Positions 21,653-28,204 of a DNA stretch of 28,204 bases are shown here, piece by piece. The position numbers and the translations under genes are program-made. How positions within the stretch are numbered: position 1 is the first letter of the stretch; the number at the start of each line of letters is the position of its first letter. The notes below the pieces were generated by a model. The model did no database searches. It saw only the letters and a program-made list of their open reading frames with translations, and was not told where the DNA came from. This stretch comes from a phage. The stretch is from NCBI GenBank assembly GCA_021454005.1, contig GCA_021454005.1_3939.2; one strand, written 5' to 3'.

Positions 21653-21731
21653 GCTCCATTACTCCAATTGGCAGAGAGGCCAGACTTAAAATCTGTGTTA
21701 TGTATCGGTTCGAATCCGATATGGAGTACCA
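21653..21731 (+). tRNA. tRNA with anticodon TAA (Leu by the standard code) but a short variable arm
   Basis: acceptor GCTCCAT/ATGGAGT, D region CCAATTGGCAGAG, anticodon stem (C)CAGA/TCTG(T), loop CTTAAAA, variable region about 7 nt, T arm ATCGG-TTCGAAT-CCGAT, A73, CCA encoded. Confidence 0.55.
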
Positions 21732-21736
21732 AATTT

Positions 21737-21812
21737 AGCGGTATAGCATAACTGGCAATGCAACAGTCTCTGAAGCTGTCCTATTAAGGTTCAAATCCTT
21801 ATGCCGCTGCCA
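21737..21812 (+). tRNA. tRNA-Gln (anticodon CTG)
   Basis: acceptor AGCGGTA/TGCCGCT, anticodon stem ACAGT/GCTGT, loop CTCTGAA, T arm TAAGG-TTCAAAT-CCTTA, CCA encoded. Confidence 0.65.
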
Positions 21813-21843
21813 CTTCTAAGGGTTCTTACGAGAGTCCTTAAAT

Positions 21844-21919
21844 GTGGCCTTATCATAAATGGTAATGACCCATGCTGTGAACATGGTCTATACGGGTTCA
21901 AATCCCGTAGGTCACCCCA
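21844..21919 (+). tRNA. tRNA-His (anticodon GTG)
   Basis: acceptor GTGGCCT/AGGTCAC, D stem TCAT/ATGA, anticodon stem CCATG/CATGG, loop CTGTGAA, discriminator C73, CCA encoded. Confidence 0.75.
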
Positions 21920-21924
21920 ATTTA

Positions 21925-21999
21925 TAGTCCAAGTAGCTTATATGGTTAAAGCGCGTGTCTGAAAAACATGAGAAGAGGGTTCAAATCCCACTGGACTAC
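21925..21999 (+). tRNA. tRNA-Phe (anticodon GAA)
   Basis: acceptor TAGTCCA/TGGACTA (7 of 7), anticodon stem CGTGT/ACATG, loop CTGAAAA, T-loop TTCAAAT; D arm irregular; CCA only partly encoded. Confidence 0.6.
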
Positions 22000-22017
22000 C
22001 AATTTCAAAGGTGCTTA

Positions 22018-22752
22018 ATGAAAGAGATGACAGAACAAGGTAAGGAGATTTTTAATCTCTTAAAAACCGGTAAAGGGTTTTCTAACCCACTTATTACTGG
22101 TGCAGCAGTTCTCGGTGGAACCGTAGCTGCCTCTACATCACTTGTAAGCTCTATTAGTTCTGTAACAGACCCTACAATGCAGGAGAAACTTGTTGCTGCT
22201 GGACTTACAACAGTCCTTCTAAACAGCTTTACAACAAGCCTTACAAGCACTACAGCAACTACTAAGACCCTGACAGACTACGGTCAAAAATCTATTGATG
22301 AGTTTTCATCACGTATGCAGGTAGCAAAGGGATATTCCAATGTTATGGGTGCAGCAGGAGAACAAGTTGGTTGTACACCGTTCAGTGGTATTATGGGTGT
22401 TGCTACAGAATATGGTCAAAAAGCTATTGATACGATTAACAGTACACTAGAGAGTGTTAACGATGTATTAAGTGACTTACAAGACGCTATTGACAAGGGT
22501 CTTGATACTGTTTCTGATTTAGCTAACCAAGCTGTCAGTAAGATTAATGAAGGTATCTCAAAGATTACAGCTTATGCAGATGAAGTTGTGCAGATGATTG
22601 AAGAAGAAGCTGCCCTTATTGCAGAGTACCTTAAAACGAATATCAATGGGTTCTTAGCAGGTATCTTACCAGACTGGTTTGACGATGCCTGTAAAACTGG
22701 TGTAATTGACACTATTGCAACACCAGAAATGAAGAACGCATTACAGAAATAA
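22018..22752 (+). CDS. hypothetical Ser/Thr/Ala-rich protein (244 aa)
   Basis: ATG 22018 with AAAGG upstream; the ORF-track start 21955 lies inside tRNA-Phe. Confidence 0.6.
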   Translation: MKEMTEQGKEIFNLLKTGKGFSNPLITGAAVLGGTVAASTSLVSSISSVTDPTMQEKLVAAGLTTVLLNSFTTSLTSTTATTKTLTDYGQKSIDEFSSRMQVAKGYSNVMGAAGEQVGCTPFSGIMGVATEYGQKAIDTINSTLESVNDVLSDLQDAIDKGLDTVSDLANQAVSKINEGISKITAYADEVVQMIEEEAALIAEYLKTNINGFLAGILPDWFDDACKTGVIDTIATPEMKNALQK

Positions 22753-22754
22753 AT

Positions 22755-22847
22755 GGAAGATTAACCCTAAAAGGTAAGGGAGCAGTTTGCTAAACTGCCA
22801 GTAGCTGAGAAATCGGTGTACCAGTTCAAGTCTGGTATCTTCCTCCA
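22755..22847 (+). tRNA. tRNA-Ser (anticodon GCT), long variable arm
   Basis: acceptor GGAAGAT/ATCTTCC (7 of 7), anticodon stem GCAGT/ACTGC, loop TTGCTAA, long variable arm, T arm ACCAG-TTCAAGT-CTGGT, CCA encoded. Confidence 0.75.
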
Positions 22848-22851
22848 ATTT

Positions 22852-22927
22852 GAATCCGTGACAGAAATGGCTATGTGCCTGTCTGCAAAACAGGTTTATA
22901 AGGGTTCGAGTCCCTTCGGATTCTCCA
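22852..22927 (+). tRNA. tRNA-Cys (anticodon GCA)
   Basis: acceptor GAATCCG/CGGATTC (7 of 7), anticodon stem CCTGT/ACAGG, loop CTGCAAA, T arm AAGGG-TTCGAGT-CCCTT, CCA encoded. Confidence 0.8.
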
Positions 22928-22964
22928 AGTTATTTTACTCTCTCTCAATTAAAATAATAATAAT

Positions 22965-23024
22965 GCCCTGCTATAAGTATTCTTCCTTTCGCTACCGAAG
23001 AGTATTTTTAGACAGGGCTTTTTT
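22965..23024 (+). terminator. compound terminator after the tRNA array (outer stem GCCCTG/CAGGGC with nested stem, then TTTTTT)
   Basis: inverted repeat 22965-22970 / 23013-23018 followed by T6. Confidence 0.55.
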
Positions 23025-23089
23025 ACAGAGTTATACTTTATAAGAAGGCTTATACAGTATGTCTCTGACGTACATTGTGGTTTCTCCTT

Positions 23090-23113
23090 GACGGTCTCTG
23101 TGCCGTCTTTTTT
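23090..23113 (+). terminator. intrinsic terminator GACGG-TCTCTGTG-CCGTC-TTTTTT
   Basis: 5-bp G/C stem plus T6, immediately upstream of the packaging module. Confidence 0.6.
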
Positions 23114-23149
23114 AAGGAGAAACATGGTTAATTATTTGGAGAAAACATA

Positions 23150-23350
23150 ATGAGTGAGACCGTTTACAAAGAACTTTATGAAGCTAATAAAAAGCTAGAA
23201 TTTATGCAGAACACTATCATGGCAATTGCAGATAGATTATCTGTAGCAACAGGTATTGATATTAAAGAAGCATCTATGGATGCACTTCTTGATGCTGTTG
23301 ATGAAAAGTTCGAAGTTAAAAAAGAAGAGACTGCTACAGACTCTGAATAA
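23150..23350 (+). CDS. hypothetical small acidic protein (66 aa) immediately upstream of the terminase
   Basis: GGAG 9 nt upstream of ATG; the position is where a small terminase subunit would be expected, but no motif supports that. Confidence 0.55.
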   Translation: MSETVYKELYEANKKLEFMQNTIMAIADRLSVATGIDIKEASMDALLDAVDEKFEVKKEETATDSE

Positions 23351-23371
23351 TTCTATTTGCGGAGGCGCTTA

Positions 23372-24973
23372 ATGGACTTAAATGCTGTTAAGCAGAAGCG
23401 AGTGGAAGATGTTAGGAAAGTCCTAGCTGGAGAGTTGGGGCTTTCTGATGAAGTAAAAGAAATTATTAAATCATTCGGTAAAGACCCCTCTAAATTCCTT
23501 CCAACTCAAATTCTGACTTTATTAAGATACACACCAGACCAAGTTCGCCTTATCTTTAAATTGATGACTGATAAGAACTATGTAGCCCCTCAGCCGGGTT
23601 CTCAAGAGGTCTTTTTAAATACTAATGCTGACTTGGTTCTCTATGGTGGTGCTGCTGGTGCTGGTAAGACTGCCGCATTGTTAATGGACTCTTTAAGATT
23701 TATTGAAGACCCTAACTATAATGCTGTATATTTCCGTCGAAATACAACACAGTTACAAGGTGGTTTATGGCCTGCTGCAAAGAAACTATTTGGTAAGTTT
23801 GGTGGGATTCCTCACGAGCAGAAAATGACTATCACATTCCCTTCTGGGGCAACTATCAAGTTTACCTACCTAGAACTTGAAAAGCACGCTGAAGGTCATC
23901 AGGGTATTGAATACTCAGCTATTTACTTTGACGAAGGTACACACTTCTCTGCTTCACAGATTTCATACCTACAAACCCGTCTACGTTCTGGTGCTGAAGG
24001 CGATTCATACATGAAGATTTCCATGAACCCAGACAGAGACCACTTTATTTACGATTGGGTAGAGCCATTCTTAGATGAAGAAGGCTACCCAGACCCTGAA
24101 AAATGTGGTCGTATTCGTTGGTATGTTATGAACGATGGTGTGATGGTTTCTGATTGGGAGAGAGACAAGATTCTTGAAATGTTCCCTCTTGAGATTCCTC
24201 AAACATACACCTTCATCTCTGGTACGATTGATGATAACCCAATTCTTGACTTCTTAGAACCTAAATATCGTGGTAAGTTGGAAAACAACACACCTGTAAA
24301 CGTTGCAAGACTTCGTTTCGGTAACTGGAAGGCTCGTGCAGAAGGTTCAAACTATTGGCAAAGACAATGGTGTGAGATTGTTGATTCACTCCCAGAAGAT
24401 GTGTTTGATGTCAGAGCATGGGACTTAGCAGCAACTTTACCATCTGAGATTAACCCTAATCCAGACTGGACAGCAGGTGTTAAGATGGGTAAATCTAAAA
24501 AAGACGGTTGCTATTATATCATTGATGTAGTAAGATTTAGAGATAGACCCTCTGGAGTCGAAACACAAATTAATTTGACTGCTGAAAGTGACGGTAAGCG
24601 AACTGGTATTTTTATCCCTCAAGACCCAGGCGCTGCTGGTAAATCCTACGCAACATCCCTCATCAGGAAACTTGCCGAGAAAGGCTATCGTGCAAGAGCT
24701 AAACCAACAAATAAAGATAAAGTTACCCGATTTGCGGGGTTTTCTGCTGCTTCTGAAGCTGGACTTGTAAAAGTCTTGAGAGGTAGTTGGAATGAAGCTT
24801 ACTTCCAAGAGCTTGAAGGCTTTTGTGGTGATGGTAAAACTAAAGATGACCAAGTGGATGCTACCAGTGATGCTTTCAACAGTCTTAACGAAGTTAAATT
24901 ATTCAAGCCACCATCAATGGGTGCTCACACAGACTTAGTGAGAGGAAACCCATATGAGGGGCTTAGACGTTGA
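23372..24973 (+). CDS. terminase large subunit
   Basis: Walker A-like LYGGAAGAGKT, Walker B-like AIYFDEGTHF, C-terminal acidic residues consistent with an RNaseH-like nuclease domain; ATG 23372 with GGAGG 7 nt upstream (ORF-track start is TTG 23357). Confidence 0.85.
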   Translation: MDLNAVKQKRVEDVRKVLAGELGLSDEVKEIIKSFGKDPSKFLPTQILTLLRYTPDQVRLIFKLMTDKNYVAPQPGSQEVFLNTNADLVLYGGAAGAGKTAALLMDSLRFIEDPNYNAVYFRRNTTQLQGGLWPAAKKLFGKFGGIPHEQKMTITFPSGATIKFTYLELEKHAEGHQGIEYSAIYFDEGTHFSASQISYLQTRLRSGAEGDSYMKISMNPDRDHFIYDWVEPFLDEEGYPDPEKCGRIRWYVMNDGVMVSDWERDKILEMFPLEIPQTYTFISGTIDDNPILDFLEPKYRGKLENNTPVNVARLRFGNWKARAEGSNYWQRQWCEIVDSLPEDVFDVRAWDLAATLPSEINPNPDWTAGVKMGKSKKDGCYYIIDVVRFRDRPSGVETQINLTAESDGKRTGIFIPQDPGAAGKSYATSLIRKLAEKGYRARAKPTNKDKVTRFAGFSAASEAGLVKVLRGSWNEAYFQELEGFCGDGKTKDDQVDATSDAFNSLNEVKLFKPPSMGAHTDLVRGNPYEGLRR

Positions 24974-24989
24974 TAGCTAGGTGAGAAGA

Positions 24990-26456
24990 ATGGCAGATAT
25001 TACAGAAACACAAGAAAGCTTACCACCATTTAGAATGGGTGAAGTAGGTTCTTTGGGTCTGAAGGTTAAGAATGGAAGAATCTATGAAGAACCTCGTCAG
25101 GCACTAAGGTTCCCTGAAAGTATTAAAACTTTCCAATTAATGATGCGTGACCCTGCTGTAGCAGCATCTGTAAATATTATTAAGATGTTTGTCAGAAAAG
25201 TCAACTGGAGATTCGTACCTCCAAAGGGAAAAGAGCAAGACCCTAAAATGCTTGAAAGAGCAGACTTCTTTAATTCTTTAATGGATGACATGGAGCATGA
25301 TTGGGCAGATTTTATTAATTCTGTAATGTCATTCTGCACTTATGGGTTCTGTGTTAACGAGAAAGTTTATAAGAAGCGACAGGGTAAAAAAGGAAAGTAC
25401 CAGTCAAAATTTGATGATGGTCTAATTGGATGGGCTAAATTACCAATCAGAAACCAATCAACACTTGATAAGTGGTATTTTGACGAAGACTTTAGAAAAG
25501 TTACTGGTGTTAGACAGAATCTGAGAAATGTTTCACATATTGCTGGAGCAATTAATCTCGGAGAAAGGCCACTAACAAGAAAACTTCCACGAGCTAAATT
25601 CATGCTGTTTAAGTATGATGATGAATATGGAAACCCAGAAGGTCGTTCACCATTACTTAATGCCTATGTACCGTGGAAGTATAAAGTTCAGATTGAAGAG
25701 TACGAAGCCGTTGGTGTTTCAAGAGACTTGGTAGGTATGCCAAAGATTGGTTTACCACCAGATTATCTGGATGAAAATGCAGAACCTGAAAAGAAAGCTT
25801 TCGTACAATACTGCAAAACTGTTGTTAACGATATGATTGCTAATGATAGAGCAGGTTTAATCTGGCCTAGATATATCGACCCAGATACTAAAGAGGATAT
25901 TTTCGAGTTCTCATTAGTTTCTAGACAGGGTGCTAAAGCATACGATACAGGTTCTATTATTGACAGATATTCCAAGCAGATTATGATGGCATTTATGTCA
26001 GATGTTCTTGCTATGGGTCAGTCAAAATATGGTTCATTCTCTCTTGCAGATTCTAAGACAAGCTTACTAGCGATGTCAGTAGATATTCTGCTGAAGCAAA
26101 TTAAGAACGTAATTAACCGTGATTTAGTTGCACAGACTTATGCTCTTAATATGTGGGACGATGAAGAACATGTACAAATCACATATGATGATATCGAAAC
26201 TCCAGACCTTGAAGCAATTGGTTCTTATATCCAGAAGACTGTTGCAGTAGGTGCTTTGGAAGTTGACAAAGAGCTATCTAACAAGCTTAGAGAGCATATT
26301 GGTCTTCCTCCTGCTGATGAGTCTCAGCCAGTATCTGAAAAGCTTTCTCCAAATAGCCAAAGCCGTTCAGGAGATGGTTATAAGACCGCTGGAGAAGGTA
26401 CTGCAAAGACACCTTCAGCGAAAGACCCAAGCACAGCAAATAAGGCAAATAAATAA
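24990..26456 (+). CDS. putative portal protein
   Basis: 488-aa ORF immediately after the terminase and upstream of the prohead protease; assigned by size and synteny only; ATG 24990 with AGGTGA upstream. Confidence 0.6.
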   Translation: MADITETQESLPPFRMGEVGSLGLKVKNGRIYEEPRQALRFPESIKTFQLMMRDPAVAASVNIIKMFVRKVNWRFVPPKGKEQDPKMLERADFFNSLMDDMEHDWADFINSVMSFCTYGFCVNEKVYKKRQGKKGKYQSKFDDGLIGWAKLPIRNQSTLDKWYFDEDFRKVTGVRQNLRNVSHIAGAINLGERPLTRKLPRAKFMLFKYDDEYGNPEGRSPLLNAYVPWKYKVQIEEYEAVGVSRDLVGMPKIGLPPDYLDENAEPEKKAFVQYCKTVVNDMIANDRAGLIWPRYIDPDTKEDIFEFSLVSRQGAKAYDTGSIIDRYSKQIMMAFMSDVLAMGQSKYGSFSLADSKTSLLAMSVDILLKQIKNVINRDLVAQTYALNMWDDEEHVQITYDDIETPDLEAIGSYIQKTVAVGALEVDKELSNKLREHIGLPPADESQPVSEKLSPNSQSRSGDGYKTAGEGTAKTPSAKDPSTANKANK

Positions 26457-26956
26457 TGGCTGAAGTTATCTCTATTTCAAATGCTACACGAGTGCATTCG
26501 TATAGAGGTGTTCTTATCATTACTGACAAGTTATCTGTAGAGGCTGGCTCAAGGGTCAGCCTTTCAGGTTATGTAAGTGATGGTGGAACCTCTGACGTTT
26601 TCACTATTTGCAGGTTACTTGATGCTCCAATGAGTGGAAAACCGTTTATTTCAGGAAATTGTAGTGAAATTGTTAAAATTCCATTTGACAGTTCATGCCT
26701 TTTGGGTGTAAAGTTATATAACTGCGAGAATAAACGTATCAATGTTAATAGCATTGAAGCCGCTTTCATTACCCTCGACACTGCATTTCAATCTCCAATG
26801 ACAGTTAATAAAGAAACAAACAGACTTGAATACATTTTTTCACAAAATGATTACAAAGTACTTGTCAAAGGCAAAGTATATGATATGATTGTAAATGTGG
26901 TAGATGAATCTGGTAACCATTCAACAGTCCTTAAACAAAAAGTAAGGTTTAATTAA
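26456..26956 (+). CDS. hypothetical protein (166 aa), head module
   Basis: ORF translationally coupled to the portal gene (ATG overlaps the stop). Confidence 0.55.
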   Translation: MAEVISISNATRVHSYRGVLIITDKLSVEAGSRVSLSGYVSDGGTSDVFTICRLLDAPMSGKPFISGNCSEIVKIPFDSSCLLGVKLYNCENKRINVNSIEAAFITLDTAFQSPMTVNKETNRLEYIFSQNDYKVLVKGKVYDMIVNVVDESGNHSTVLKQKVRFN

Positions 26957-27288
26957 TGGGAACATTAACTATTGATGGTAAGAATAAAATCCTCGCCACG
27001 CTAACCCCAACGACTATTATTTTACACAATGTAGACCCAACGGCAGACCCTACAGCAAATAAGGTTACTCAGCCAGTGGCTATTTATTTTTCTGAACCGG
27101 ATAATGGCTTAATTGCCTCAGAAGATACAGTTAATATTACTGTTCCAGCTTCTGCAACGGTCTCACACTATAGCTTGTGGGATGCTAACGATAAATGCGT
27201 GGCAACTGGTGCTCTTAGCAAACCTCAATTCTTTGCTGAAGAAGGTATCTATGTTATCTCTTCAGTCTCTGTAGATTTAAACAAATAG
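26956..27288 (+). CDS. hypothetical protein (110 aa), head module
   Basis: ORF translationally coupled to the upstream gene. Confidence 0.55.
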   Translation: MGTLTIDGKNKILATLTPTTIILHNVDPTADPTANKVTQPVAIYFSEPDNGLIASEDTVNITVPASATVSHYSLWDANDKCVATGALSKPQFFAEEGIYVISSVSVDLNK

Positions 27289-27299
27289 GGTGAGTAAAA

Positions 27300-28204
27300 A
27301 TGAGTTCGAATATCTTCAGACTTGCTGATAGATTATTCAACCAACCTTTACTAGCCACTGAATCATTAGCTCACTCAGCAGCAACTTATGTGAATAACAG
27401 ATTGCTGGGTGATGTCCAAGCAGCAGTAAACTTTGATAAACCCAAAGGTGAAGCAAGAAGTCTTTTAAAAGTAAAAGATGACATTGCTATTATCCCTATT
27501 ATGGGTGGTTTAACCCATCGTATGACATTCATTGATGCAATGTGTACAGGTGGATTAAGTTCTTATGAAGGTTTGCGTAGAGGCTTTGACGAAGCTTTAG
27601 CAGATGAGTCAATCAAGACTATTGTTCTGCACATCGATTCTGGTGGTGGTGAAGCTTCAGGTTGCTTTGAATTAGCACGTCACATTATGGCTTCAAGAGG
27701 CCAAAAGAAAATTATTGCTTATGTAGATGAGTTCGCTTGTTCCGCTGCATACGCTCTTGCATCTTCTGCTGAAGAAATTATTGCATCACCAGATGCAGAT
27801 GTTGGTTCTATTGGTGTAATTATGGTTCATCAGGAATTAACTAAGGCATTTGAAAAGAATGGCGTAACAATTAACGTCATCAAAGCTGGTGAGTTTAAAG
27901 GTATGGGTTCACCATTCCAAGCACTCTCAGAAGAAAGCAAAGAAAGACTTCAAAAGAGAATTAATGATACCTACGCAACCTTTACAGGTTTTGTAGCCGA
28001 ATCTCGTAATCTCTCTGAAGAAGCTGTAAAGAATACTGAGGCGAATGTTTATTCTGCTCAGGAAGCTCTTGAACTTGGTTTAATTAACTCAATCATGTCT
28101 CAAGATGATTTCTTAAATTACTTACAAGGTTCTGAAGAGGCTCCTGTAAGTTTAAACGTTAACAATTCAGGTGAAGAAATGACTGAACAAGAAAAGCAAG
28201 AACT
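27300..28204 (+). CDS. prohead (head maturation) protease, S49/SppA-ClpP-like family; 3' end beyond the window
   Basis: hand-translated open frame from ATG 27300 (AGGGTGAG upstream) to the window end; motifs IVLHIDSGGGEA and FACSAAYALAS match the S49 serine-peptidase core. Confidence 0.75.
   Translation, partial: MSSNIFRLADRLFNQPLLATESLAHSAATYVNNRLLGDVQAAVNFDKPKGEARSLLKVKDDIAIIPIMGGLTHRMTFIDAMCTGGLSSYEGLRRGFDEALADESIKTIVLHIDSGGGEASGCFELARHIMASRGQKKIIAYVDEFACSAAYALASSAEEIIASPDADVGSIGVIMVHQELTKAFEKNGVTINVIKAGEFKGMGSPFQALSEESKERLQKRINDTYATFTGFVAESRNLSEEAVKNTEANVYSAQEALELGLINSIMSQDDFLNYLQGSEEAPVSLNVNNSGEEMTEQEKQE

Noticed and set aside
17785-22927. The tRNA array as an integration (att) site with a nearby integrase or mobile element
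   Set aside because: No integrase, recombinase or transposase-like ORF is present in the window, and the array is flanked by phage replication-like and packaging genes.
22816-23043. Plus-strand ORF 22816-23043 (75 aa)
   Set aside because: It spans the 3' end of tRNA-Ser, all of tRNA-Cys and a terminator hairpin.
736-24989. ORF-track start codons at 736, 2589, 2975, 6164, 21955, 23357 and 24981
   Set aside because: Each is an upstream in-frame start (some TTG or GTG) lying inside a leader hairpin or a tRNA and lacking an SD; a downstream ATG with a well-spaced GGAG/AGGAG was preferred.
420-25975. Antisense or nested ORFs inside annotated genes (for example 420-614 -, 654-1001 -, 2869-3093 -, 12805-13450 +, 16461-16658 -, 22005-22250 -, 24437-24853 -, 25097-25975 -)
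   Set aside because: They overlap better-supported genes on the opposite strand or in another frame and lack ribosome-binding sites.

Overview
The window looks like part of a large virulent dsDNA phage genome (about 38-40% GC by eye, no integrase seen), with five blocks. (1) 1-6460: a tandem array of 15-16 small plus-strand genes, most preceded by one of two repeated promoter/hairpin/RBS cassettes; products are unrecognisable and likely early or host-takeover proteins. (2) 6500-8100: a 1.6 kb non-coding, repeat-dense region with helically phased TGTTA(A)G iterons and an AT-rich tract, a candidate replication origin or protein-loading site. (3) 8128-15501: a minus-strand operon of 17 genes including a GH24 (T4-type) endolysin and two tandem paralogs, one carrying two Ig-like domains. 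(4) 15751-22927: a small basic protein, a vWA-domain protein, then 27 hand-folded tRNA genes that, if three atypical ones are Leu, cover all 20 amino acids; the tRNAs are interspersed with a family of structured spacer elements, tRNA-like fragments and a few ORFs. (5) 23150-28204: a packaging/head module with terminase large subunit, putative portal and an S49-family prohead protease (3'-truncated by the window end). All coordinates were derived by eye; tRNA ends are +/-2 nt, several ORF-track starts were moved to a downstream ATG with a Shine-Dalgarno sequence, and no database search or folding program was run. The most unusual signals are the covarying AGAAGACC...GGTCTGG spacer elements in the tRNA array, three Leu-anticodon tRNAs that appear to lack the long variable arm, the tRNA-half-like hairpins in permuted order, and the iteron array.
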